The notes under the pieces: model-generated | What the model was told of the DNA's origin: nothing | What the model saw: only the letters and a program-made list of their open reading frames with translations | Database searches by the model: none | Part shown: in pieces, positions 1 through 7,893 of the stretch | Position numbering within the stretch: position 1 is the stretch's first letter | Layout of the letters: every line of letters starts with the position of its first letter | IMG/VR virus record: IMGVR_UViG_3300017766_001040 | Coordinates: 1 to 31,779 of that record | Length of the DNA: 31,779 nucleotides | Direction: 5' to 3' (one strand) | From: a virus | Lineage: Duplodnaviria; Caudoviricetes | Made by a program: the position numbers and the translations under genes

Positions 1-8
1 TATTTATA

Positions 9-49
9 TTCAATTATATTATCAATTATATACCGTATTATTGCTGTAA
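9..49 (-). promoter_or_regulatory. putative phage early promoter, copy 2 (TTACAG-N5-ATACG-N9-TGATAATATA-N2-TGAA)
   Basis: Minus strand reads TTACAGCAATAATACGGTATATAATTGATAATATAATTGAA, with the same blocks and spacing as the copy at 148-188. Confidence 0.6.
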
Positions 50-50
50 A

Positions 51-131
51 TTATTTATTAATATTAATTTCTGTATCAATGGCTATTAATATTATTATTG
101 CAATAGGTATTATCCATAAAAAAGTTATCAT
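51..131 (-). CDS. 26-aa hydrophobic micro-protein MITFLWIIPIAIIILIAIDTEININK
   Basis: Translated by hand; ATG lies 17 nt downstream of the 148-188 motif with an A-rich leader, and the stop directly precedes the next motif copy; one TM-like stretch. Confidence 0.45.
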   Translation of the reverse strand: MITFLWIIPIAIIILIAIDTEININK

Positions 132-147
132 AGTTATATATTTTAGA

Positions 148-188
148 TTCATATATATTATCACAACTACGTCGTATCGGTTCTGTAA
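148..188 (-). promoter_or_regulatory. putative phage early promoter, copy 1
   Basis: Minus strand reads TTACAGAACCGATACGACGTAGTTGTGATAATATATATGAA; conserved blocks are shared with 9-49. Confidence 0.6.
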
Positions 189-214
189 GTGCTATACGCG
201 TATGCTATACGCTA

Positions 215-242
215 CGCTTCGCGCTTCGCGCTTCGCGCTTCG
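215..242. repeat. tandem heptamer (CGCTTCG)x4
   Basis: Four perfect copies read directly. Confidence 0.95.
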
Positions 243-247
243 CTTGC

Positions 248-300
248 TATCGTATCGTACAACATACCATACACATGCACACATATCGTATCGTATCGTA
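248..300. repeat. TATCG microsatellites (x2 at 248-257, x3 at 284-298) with CA-rich spacer
   Basis: Read directly. Confidence 0.85.
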
Positions 301-516
301 TAACATACTATCCAGCACACACACATGCCGCTGCTACGTGACCGAATCGTATCACAGCAATAACAAGTGTATGTCATACATAATACCTCAATCGTACACA
401 CATATCACGACCGAAAAGGCAAATCCTTTTTTCACAAGTCGAAATCGAGCTGGGGGCTGGGCTTTTTCAAAGTCATTTCCGTTGAGGGGCTACGGTTTTA
501 AAATACGTGTATAACC

Positions 517-584
517 CGTTACTTCCATATTTGTAATGGTATTTTTTTTACGTTACTTCTATATTTGTAATACAATTTTTTTTA
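517..584. repeat. 34-bp tandem direct repeat, 2 copies (30/34 identical)
   Basis: cgttacttccatatttgtaatggtatttttttta / cgttacttctatatttgtaatacaatttttttta. Confidence 0.9.
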
Positions 585-640
585 AAACGTACGTTATTAT
601 GTACAAAAAGATTAATAATGCACATAATATGATACATTAA

Positions 641-692
641 TAGTGTGACGTTAGGTAGTTAAATATAATAGTAATAGGCTAATGTCGCACTG
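641..692. repeat. inverted repeat, 14-bp arms with 24-nt AT-rich spacer
   Basis: tagtgtgacgttag ... ctaatgtcgcactg; the three mismatches are all G-T on the + strand. Confidence 0.8.
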
Positions 693-710
693 TAAGAATT
701 GTGTACTATG

Positions 711-722
711 CGTGATAGTATA
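711..722 (+). promoter_or_regulatory. putative late promoter motif (CGTGATAGTATA)
   Basis: An SGTRAT plus AT-rich motif recurs in intergenic gaps at 8883, 12328, 23311 and 30780. Confidence 0.45.
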
Positions 723-746
723 ACTTATAACTTAAATTATTTTATC

Positions 747-1058
747 ATGAGAATGTCAGGTACTAAACCACTAAAAAATACAATGAGAAAACCTCCGGTT
801 AGACAGGAGATGGCTAATAACGCTACTGAGCTTAAAACAAATCCAGATGTTACTAGTACTAATAATAATAGGAGTGGTGTTGGTATTCGCGGGAAAAAGG
901 TTTCTGGGTATGCGGGTGCCGCTAAAAAGACAGCTGCTAAGAATACTAAACCGGTGTCAGCGGAAACCGCGGCTAGAAGAGAGGCTAGTAAAAAATCTAT
1001 GGATACATATATAAAAGTGAATAAATCAAAGCAAGCTTTAAAGAATGTAAAAAAATAA
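747..1058 (+). CDS. small basic hypothetical protein (likely start ATG 747, not 699)
   Basis: Lys/Arg-rich ORF; ATG with AT-rich leader downstream of the 711 motif. Confidence 0.7.
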   Translation: MRMSGTKPLKNTMRKPPVRQEMANNATELKTNPDVTSTNNNRSGVGIRGKKVSGYAGAAKKTAAKNTKPVSAETAARREASKKSMDTYIKVNKSKQALKNVKK

Positions 1059-1069
1059 ATAAACAAATT

Positions 1070-1483
1070 ATGAAAACTACAACAAAAAAACCATCACCAT
1101 TAAAATTTTTTACCCCTATTGCGGGTATGGATTCTGTTAAAAAAGCTACGGACGCTGTAAGCGCTGCGTATAAAGCTAAAAAAGATGCTAAAGCAAAAGC
1201 TGCAACTACTAAAACGCCAGAAGGCAAACCTAGTTCAAAACCAACTGCGCCGAGAGGACCTCTTGCTCGTGCTAAAGCAAAGGCAGAAACATCTGTAAAA
1301 ACAAAAGCTCCTGCGGCAAAACCTGCTCCAGTAGAAGGTAAACCTAATAAAAGTTCGGTTCGTACTGATCCATCTAGAGTAGCTGGTAGAAAAGAAGGAA
1401 AAGTAGCAGATGCTGCAACAAGAGAAGCTGCGATAAAAGCCAGAGGTGGTGTGCTTTTACAATCGAAAAAGTATAAAAAATAA
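1070..1483 (+). CDS. Lys/Ala-rich histone H1-like low-complexity protein, possible virion internal protein
   Basis: KKPSPLK N-terminus; PAAKPAP and KAKA repeats; tight operon spacing. Confidence 0.75.
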   Translation: MKTTTKKPSPLKFFTPIAGMDSVKKATDAVSAAYKAKKDAKAKAATTKTPEGKPSSKPTAPRGPLARAKAKAETSVKTKAPAAKPAPVEGKPNKSSVRTDPSRVAGRKEGKVADAATREAAIKARGGVLLQSKKYKK

Positions 1484-1486
1484 ACC

Positions 1487-2218
1487 ATGCCATTTACTCT
1501 TAAGAGCCAATCACCTTTAAAACAAGGTATTTCTACTTCATTTAATAAGCCAAAAGAAAATTTAAAGAGTGATATGCAAAGTTCTTTAAATACTTCTAAT
1601 AGCAAGGCTAATAAAATAAAGGCGACTAAAAAAACTAATCCAGCACCAAATGGAATTGTAAGCAAAATGTATGATGATCTTGATGCGGAACGTCCTATGG
1701 TTAAAGCGGCTATACAAATTGCGGATCCAACAGGAACTTCGTCATATAGGGATGTGAAGAGAGCATGGAGCGACAAGAAATTTACCGCAGACGATATAAT
1801 TGAGCCAATTGGAGCAATACCCATAATTGGTAAATTTGGTAAGATGGCAATTAATTTATCAAAAACTGTAAAAGGGGCTAAAGTTTTAAAAGAAGCAAAA
1901 GCTTCTAAAGCAATAAGAGGGACTAGGAAAGCAAGTGATGTTCAAACGGCTGCAGCAGCGTCAGCATCTCCATTGCATAAACAAAAGTTATCCCCTTTAG
2001 CAGCTAAGAAGAAAGCAGCTAGGGATCTTGCATATGCTAAAACTGACGATAGAAGAACTAAGAAAGCACACTCACAAAGAATGCATCGTAAACACCCAGG
2101 TAACAAAGGCAAAGATTATGATCATGAAGATGGCAGATTTGAAAGCGTAAAGCAAAATCGCGGTAATGAAGGAGAGGGCACTAAAAAAGAAAGTGGTAAA
2201 AGATATAAAATGAAGTAA
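1487..2218 (+). CDS. modular basic protein: SPLK leader, pre-toxin TG-like segment, degenerate HNH-like C-terminus
   Basis: DPTG...IGAIPIIGKFGK segment; KGKDYDH...SVKQNRG; SPL motifs at residues 9, 161 and 169. Confidence 0.7.
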   Translation: MPFTLKSQSPLKQGISTSFNKPKENLKSDMQSSLNTSNSKANKIKATKKTNPAPNGIVSKMYDDLDAERPMVKAAIQIADPTGTSSYRDVKRAWSDKKFTADDIIEPIGAIPIIGKFGKMAINLSKTVKGAKVLKEAKASKAIRGTRKASDVQTAAAASASPLHKQKLSPLAAKKKAARDLAYAKTDDRRTKKAHSQRMHRKHPGNKGKDYDHEDGRFESVKQNRGNEGEGTKKESGKRYKMK

Positions 2219-2221
2219 GTA

Positions 2222-2617
2222 ATGGCATTTAAATTAAGAAGTCAATGCAATACTCCTTTAAAACAAGAGAAAACTAAAGGTAAAAAGGCATCATTCGAAG
2301 AGTGGTATAAAACAGTACCAGCAACAAAAAATGATACCACATCTTATAATTTAAGAAGAGCTTATGAGTTAGCTCCTAAAAAAGAACTAGATGACTTTGT
2401 AAAAAACCCGGAAACTCATTTGCTTACATCATATCCTAATAGAGAAGGTTCTTATGAGTTTATGAAATCTAAGGATCATCCAACTGTACAAAAAGAATTA
2501 GATTGGTTTAATTCTAATGATTCTGAAGCTAAGCAATTTAAAAAAAATTATAACTTAGAAACATCTGGTAAATATTATAAGTATACTCCAAAAACTAATA
2601 CAACAAAATTAAAATGA
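2222..2617 (+). CDS. hypothetical protein with MAFKLR...TPLKQ leader
   Basis: ORF in operon; globular-looking domain starting FEEWYKTVP after the leader. Confidence 0.8.
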   Translation: MAFKLRSQCNTPLKQEKTKGKKASFEEWYKTVPATKNDTTSYNLRRAYELAPKKELDDFVKNPETHLLTSYPNREGSYEFMKSKDHPTVQKELDWFNSNDSEAKQFKKNYNLETSGKYYKYTPKTNTTKLK

Positions 2618-2979
2618 ACATGAAAGGCATAGGCCCTCAAGGGCTAGGAGCAAGCAAGAATAATGGTTATACTATTGGCGAAGGAAAAGGTTGCGGATGC
2701 AGTCCTTTACATAAAACCGCAGCGTGGACACGTAAAGAAGGTAAAGATCCTAAGGGAGGATTAAATGCAAAAGGCGTTGCAAGTTATAGAAGAGAAAACC
2801 CTGGAAGCAAATTGCAAACGGCTGTAACAAAGAAACCATCGGAATTAAAGGCTGGCAGTAAAGATGCAAAGCGTAGAAAATCATTTTGTGCTAGAATGTC
2901 TGGTATGCCAGGTCCTATGAAAAAACCGAATGGTGAACCAACAAGAAAAAAATTAGCATTAGATAAATGGAACTGTTAA
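2614..2979 (+). CDS. conserved phage protein, DUF6321-like (AAWTRKEGKDPKGGLNAKG...RRKSFCARM...KWNC)
   Basis: Motif recalled from aquatic phage small proteins; 4-nt overlap with upstream gene; family name from memory. Confidence 0.75.
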   Translation: MNMKGIGPQGLGASKNNGYTIGEGKGCGCSPLHKTAAWTRKEGKDPKGGLNAKGVASYRRENPGSKLQTAVTKKPSELKAGSKDAKRRKSFCARMSGMPGPMKKPNGEPTRKKLALDKWNC

Positions 2980-3113
2980 AAAGAAAAGACGGCACAAAAT
3001 CCCGCAGAGGACTTTGGGATAATATTAGAGAAAATAAAGGTAGCGGTAAAAAACCCACAAAAGCAATGCTTACAGAAGCAAAAAAAATAAAAGCTAAAAC
3101 TAAAAAGAAATAA
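2967..3113 (+). CDS. 48-aa basic protein MELLKRKDGTKSRRGLWDNIRENKGSGKKPTKAMLTEAKKIKAKTKKK (absent from ORF track)
   Basis: Translated by hand; fills the gap exactly, overlapping the upstream stop and ending 2 nt before the next ATG. Confidence 0.75.
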   Translation: MELLKRKDGTKSRRGLWDNIRENKGSGKKPTKAMLTEAKKIKAKTKKK

Positions 3114-3115
3114 TT

Positions 3116-3937
3116 ATGGCAATATCATATAGTTACCCTATGGGTACACCTAAATTAACAGACACAGTACTAGGGGTACAATATGAAGAAATGAAAGACC
3201 CTGCTGTAAAAAATTTTGTTATAGACGATATAGTTATTTTAGCAGTCGAGGAAGTTGGCATTCCTACACTTCAGAATGTTACTGGAGAAGGAGCAAATAC
3301 AACTATTCAAATGCAAATTAATGGTGTTGATGTGGCAACTTTAAACGACATACCAAATACACCAACATTACAAGAAGTAACAGACGAAGGAAGTTCTACT
3401 ACTAACTCTGTAAGTATCGTTTCATCAGGAAATAACGGATTAACTGTGCAAGGTTTTAAAACTGGTATTTCAGTTTCGAATAATCCAGCATGGTCACCTG
3501 GAATTGGTTTAGAGGCTTATAGCGAAAATGGTTATGGCGTTTATGCTGAATGTGGTGATGAAGGAAATGCTGGTATATATGCAAATAGCGCGGTAAAACC
3601 AGGTGGTGGAGCATGGGCGGCCAGTAGTGATGAAAGAATTAAAGAAAACATCGATGTTTATTCAAAAGGTTTAGATCATATATTACTTGTTGATCCTGTT
3701 ACCTATGATTATAATGGTAAAGGCGGAATGCCAAAGTCAACCGGTTATATTGGTGTTATTGCTCAGGAAATAAAAGATGTATTTCCTGAAACAATTAGTA
3801 CATATAAATCAAAATTAGAGGAAACCGATACGGAAGATACTGACTTATATAGATTTGACCCGAGTGCATTAATATATGCATTGATTAATGCGGTAAAAGA
3901 ATTAAAAGCTGAAATAGAATTATTAAAAGCAAACTAG
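3116..3937 (+). CDS. short tail/head fibre with C-terminal intramolecular chaperone (Peptidase_S74)
   Basis: SSDERIKENI autocleavage motif, DPVTYDY, GVIAQEI and terminal coiled coil; two PTLQxVT repeats. Confidence 0.85.
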   Translation: MAISYSYPMGTPKLTDTVLGVQYEEMKDPAVKNFVIDDIVILAVEEVGIPTLQNVTGEGANTTIQMQINGVDVATLNDIPNTPTLQEVTDEGSSTTNSVSIVSSGNNGLTVQGFKTGISVSNNPAWSPGIGLEAYSENGYGVYAECGDEGNAGIYANSAVKPGGGAWAASSDERIKENIDVYSKGLDHILLVDPVTYDYNGKGGMPKSTGYIGVIAQEIKDVFPETISTYKSKLEETDTEDTDLYRFDPSALIYALINAVKELKAEIELLKAN

Positions 3938-3942
3938 AATAA

Positions 3943-5805
3943 ATGCCAATATCTAATTCATATCCAAGCGGTATACCTATTGAGGATCAGGATTTATTTG
4001 TAGGAACTAAAGCCTATAATAATAGAACTGTAAACTATACCGCTCAAGGAGTTGCGGATTATTTAAATATAAATTCAAAAGTAGCTATTGGGGGACAAAT
4101 GTCATTCCAGTTTACTATTGTACCTAATATACCTAAGACTATTGCTTTTGAGGGAGGATTAGGGAATAACACTGCGTTTTCTGCAATAACTAAATTAATT
4201 GTTTCTGCAATAGATTTGTCTACTGCAAATATAACTATATTCTTAAACTATTTAAATAATAGTCAGGTATTGTTATCGCAGCAAAATCAACCAAACTTTT
4301 TTGGTCATTATAAAATAACGGGGTATACACAAATAGGTACATCGGCATTTTATGAATTAGATTTAGAATTCATTGGTGGTAATGGGACTATTATAGATAA
4401 ACAGTATTATGATTTAGTTTCATTTGTTTTAAGTACAGAGGCTCCTTCAACGGAGTGGGGAGATATAACTGGTGATATAGAGGATCAAACAGACTTGATA
4501 GACTATATATCGTCTCAAGTAACCACTCCAACGCTTCAATCTGTTACTGACGAAGGCTATACTACTACTAACTCAATTATTATTGATAATAATGAAAATC
4601 TGACTTCTTTTGAAATTAACGGATATGAATTAATTGCAACTGATTTAGGCAGTAACACACCAACATTTCAACTTGGATTCGATGGCTTAATGTATGCTTA
4701 TGATCCGGATCGTGTTCAATTTATACAATCATTACGTTTTGATACAACCGGAGATACATTACAAAATTATGAATTTCCAAATAAAGCAACAGGAACATAT
4801 ACAATAGCAACAACTGATGATATACCAAGTGGAGGTGTTACATCTGTTGGTTTGACTATGCCCCCCGCTTTTACCGTAACAAATAGCCCTATAACTTCAA
4901 GTGGCGATATAGCTGTAACAGGGGCGGGGTTGGTTTCGCAATATGTTAGAGGCGATGGTACACTTGCTAATTTCCCAAATTCAACAGGTGGTGGTTCATC
5001 AGCTAATTATTACCTTAATGGTTCAGTTTCACAAGGTACATTTGGCGGTGATACTTATTATCAACTAAGTAAAACACCAATACTTGGAGCAGGTACTAAC
5101 TTTACAAGAACAAATGGAGCAGGTAATGGATATATCGCATCGTTCATAACTGATGTAGGTGATCCTAGTCAATTAAATATACCAGGTGGTAATTGGAATG
5201 TAGAGTTTTATTTTAATTCAAGTGCTAGCGGTGGTTCACCTAGCTTTTATGCTGAGCTATATAAGGTGAGTGCAACCAATGTTTTTACCCTTATTGCAAG
5301 TGACTCTCTTAATCCTGAAGGTATTACAAATGGTACAACTGTTGACCAATATTTCACGTCAATTCCTGTGCCACAAACTACATTACTTGTTACTGATAGA
5401 TTAGCTGTTAGAATATTTGTAAATACAGGGGGTAGAACTATTACACTACATACTGAAAATGGTAATTTATCAGAAGTATTAACTACATTTACAACAGGAT
5501 TAACAGCTTTAAATGGATTAACCCAACAAGTGCAATACTTTGATGTTGGAACTGGAGCTGCAAATTTTAACATAGTATCAAGTGGTGATACGCATACATT
5601 TAATCTATTATCAAATATAAGAAGAAATGCAAACAACTCTACTAATAATAATATAAATTATTGTGGATATGCTCCAGATGGTTCTGCAGAATCAGCAACT
5701 GTTTGGACTATTACAAGACTAACTATATCAGCAAGTGGAGCAATAACAGTGGGAACAGCTACAAACGTAGCTTGGACAAATAGAGAATCAACAATATATA
5801 CATAA
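3943..5805 (+). CDS. tail fibre / receptor-binding structural protein
   Basis: N-terminus similar to the 3116 gene; WGDITGDI.DQTDL, PTLQSVT, VTSVGLTMP, QYVRGDGTLA and LTALNGLT fibre-type motifs. Confidence 0.75.
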   Translation: MPISNSYPSGIPIEDQDLFVGTKAYNNRTVNYTAQGVADYLNINSKVAIGGQMSFQFTIVPNIPKTIAFEGGLGNNTAFSAITKLIVSAIDLSTANITIFLNYLNNSQVLLSQQNQPNFFGHYKITGYTQIGTSAFYELDLEFIGGNGTIIDKQYYDLVSFVLSTEAPSTEWGDITGDIEDQTDLIDYISSQVTTPTLQSVTDEGYTTTNSIIIDNNENLTSFEINGYELIATDLGSNTPTFQLGFDGLMYAYDPDRVQFIQSLRFDTTGDTLQNYEFPNKATGTYTIATTDDIPSGGVTSVGLTMPPAFTVTNSPITSSGDIAVTGAGLVSQYVRGDGTLANFPNSTGGGSSANYYLNGSVSQGTFGGDTYYQLSKTPILGAGTNFTRTNGAGNGYIASFITDVGDPSQLNIPGGNWNVEFYFNSSASGGSPSFYAELYKVSATNVFTLIASDSLNPEGITNGTTVDQYFTSIPVPQTTLLVTDRLAVRIFVNTGGRTITLHTENGNLSEVLTTFTTGLTALNGLTQQVQYFDVGTGAANFNIVSSGDTHTFNLLSNIRRNANNSTNNNINYCGYAPDGSAESATVWTITRLTISASGAITVGTATNVAWTNRESTIYT

Positions 5806-5810
5806 AAATT

Positions 5811-6101
5811 ATGCCAATTACAAGTACAAACCCAATAGAAGTAGATGGAAATACATATCCATATTTTATGGTAAATTTAGCAATATCTCCATTAGTTAAA
5901 CCAACTGATATAGGTGGTAGTGTAGCTATGAGATTAACACCTTATAGAGTTTTAGAAGATGGAAGTTCAGAAAGTCTTCCTGACAATTCAATACCTATAA
6001 CCTATATGGATGTTTTTGATAGTGGAGATACAGATGCTATAAATGCAGCAGCAACAATTATGGGTGCTTTGCAAACATTTATTAATGAAAAAAATCTATA
6101 A
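5811..6101 (+). CDS. small acidic protein, possible fibre assembly chaperone
   Basis: Position between two fibre-like genes; function inferred from context only. Confidence 0.6.
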   Translation: MPITSTNPIEVDGNTYPYFMVNLAISPLVKPTDIGGSVAMRLTPYRVLEDGSSESLPDNSIPITYMDVFDSGDTDAINAAATIMGALQTFINEKNL

Positions 6102-6104
6102 CAA

Positions 6105-7355
6105 ATGGCAACAAGATATGCAGTAGCTACAGGCAATTGGAGTAATACAGCTACTTGGGATGGTGGTACACTGCCAACAGCAGCAGATGATGTATTTTCA
6201 AATAACTTTACAGTTACTATTGATGGAACATTTACTGTATTATCAATAAGAAACACATCAAATGCATCACCTGTTATTGCAGCGGGTGGTCAATTTAGAT
6301 ATGCTAATGGTGGTAATTTAACTTGTACTGCCTCAACTGGTATTATTGTAGGTTCAACTACTCCAACTTTAGAAATGACTTTAGCAAGTCCAAATATAGG
6401 TACTTTTACTGGTAATATATTAACAGTTACAAATACTATTGGTTTTAATGCTATTAGACATTCAAGCACAGGAACTTTGAATTGTAATGGTAATTATAGT
6501 CTTGATGGCACTACAAATAGGTCAGTAATTTTAGTAACACTTACAGGAACACTAAATATTGTAGGAAATATTACATCTACTAATAATGCAGGAAATAACA
6601 TTAACACCTTAGTAATGAATACTGGAGGAACTATTAATATAACAGGAAACTGTACAGGCTCGACAAATGTAGCTACATCATCAAGCCCCGTTTTTGCAAG
6701 TTCTGGGAATATAAATATTACAGGAAATACAACAGGAGTAACATCACCAGCTGTTGCATTATTTGGAGCAGTTAATTATACACAAATAGGAAACGTAAAT
6801 GGTTCAACAGCTCAAGCAGCTATTTTTAATATAACAACAGCAGCAACAATTTCAGTTACTGGTATAATTACAGCAGGAACAGGAGCACCAGCTATTTATT
6901 CTTCTTTTGCTTTGACAAGTGGGTATGGCTCTGGAACATTTGTAAAGGTGTCAGGTAATGTAGTTAATACAAATAATAATATGTCTATTGTAGCTCCAAG
7001 AGTAACTATTGACACAAACACTTCAAGTTGGTTATATCAAATTTCAACAGGTGGTAATAGAACTTTATATGCAGCAGGTGTAGCTTTAGGTAATCCTGCA
7101 ACAAACAATGTAAGACTTGGAACAGTTTATGGAGCATCAGGTGAACTTACAGGAACATTAATTGTACCATCTCCATCTAATGTATTACAAGGTGTTGGAA
7201 CAGACGCTACAGTAGGAACATTACTAATGACACCTGCAGATTTTTGGAACTATCTTATATCAAGTGGCTTTACTGCTAATAGTATTGGTGATAGATTACA
7301 GAACGCAAGTACAGTAGCAACAACTGGAGGACAAATAGCATCATATAATATATAA
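6105..7355 (+). CDS. Thr/Gly/Asn-rich beta-solenoid-like structural (fibre/spike) protein
   Basis: ATGNWSNTATWDGGTLPTAADDV start; repeating INITGN units; P..NNVRLGTVYG repeats. Confidence 0.7.
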   Translation: MATRYAVATGNWSNTATWDGGTLPTAADDVFSNNFTVTIDGTFTVLSIRNTSNASPVIAAGGQFRYANGGNLTCTASTGIIVGSTTPTLEMTLASPNIGTFTGNILTVTNTIGFNAIRHSSTGTLNCNGNYSLDGTTNRSVILVTLTGTLNIVGNITSTNNAGNNINTLVMNTGGTINITGNCTGSTNVATSSSPVFASSGNINITGNTTGVTSPAVALFGAVNYTQIGNVNGSTAQAAIFNITTAATISVTGIITAGTGAPAIYSSFALTSGYGSGTFVKVSGNVVNTNNNMSIVAPRVTIDTNTSSWLYQISTGGNRTLYAAGVALGNPATNNVRLGTVYGASGELTGTLIVPSPSNVLQGVGTDATVGTLLMTPADFWNYLISSGFTANSIGDRLQNASTVATTGGQIASYNI

Positions 7356-7366
7356 CAATTTTTAAT

Positions 7367-7579
7367 ATGAGTAGAAAAAATTTAGACACATTAATAAACA
7401 AATGGATAAGTAGAAAACTATTTGTTTTTTTAGTGGCTAGCGGTTTATTAATGTTTGCGGATTTAGAGTCATCAGACTGGGCGTTAATCGCAATAACATA
7501 TTTAAGCAGCCAAACAGTATTAGATTCTGTTACGGTATATTCTAAAATGAGAAACAACAATAATAACGAACAAATTTAA
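7367..7579 (+). CDS. putative holin
   Basis: 70 aa; SRKLFV followed by two hydrophobic segments; upstream of the lysin. Confidence 0.6.
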   Translation: MSRKNLDTLINKWISRKLFVFLVASGLLMFADLESSDWALIAITYLSSQTVLDSVTVYSKMRNNNNNEQI

Positions 7580-7588
7580 ATTTTAGTT

Positions 7589-7891
7589 ATGAGTGAAGAT
7601 AGCGAAAGACTTGACCGCCTTGAGCACCATTTTAGGTTGTACAAACAAGACATGGCAGATATTAAAGATAGTGTTAAAGAAATAAAAATACTATTAGGGG
7701 GTTCAGCGTTAAATGGTAATAAAGGATTTGTTAGGTTAATGGAACTTAATGAAGAAAAAATAGAAGCTATGGAAGTTGAACTAGCTAAGATTAAACATGA
7801 TTTTGAAACCGCTAAGTTTTGGGGCAGGGGAGCAACGGGTGTAGCTTTCGTTACATTAGGATTAATTATTAAAAAAATATTAAGTTTATAA
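7589..7891 (+). CDS. coiled-coil protein with C-terminal TM helix (lysis-cassette membrane protein)
   Basis: Heptad pattern plus GATGVAFVTLGLII. Confidence 0.6.
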   Translation: MSEDSERLDRLEHHFRLYKQDMADIKDSVKEIKILLGGSALNGNKGFVRLMELNEEKIEAMEVELAKIKHDFETAKFWGRGATGVAFVTLGLIIKKILSL

Positions 7892-7893
7892 AC

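Noticed and set aside
9-188. Possible CRISPR repeat pair
   Set aside because: Only short blocks are conserved, internal positions vary, and the 98-nt gap holds an ORF; this fits a promoter better
79-514. ORF-track ORFs 79..303 (+), 192..401 (-) and 275..514 (+)
   Set aside because: They run through microsatellites and give repeat-derived, Cys/Tyr/Arg-biased translations; the region is better explained as non-coding
517-584. Possible CRISPR mini-array (34-bp repeats)
   Set aside because: The copies are directly adjacent with no spacer, and no cas genes are present
641-692. tRNA gene
   Set aside because: A single stem only; no cloverleaf, T-loop GTTCRA or CCA end was recognised
699-746. TTG start at 699 given by the ORF track
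   Set aside because: It overlaps the promoter-like motif; ATG 747 (or 753) has the typical AT-rich leader
3116-7355. Diversity-generating retroelement targeting fibre genes
   Set aside because: No reverse transcriptase and no adenine-variable repeat pair were seen in this window
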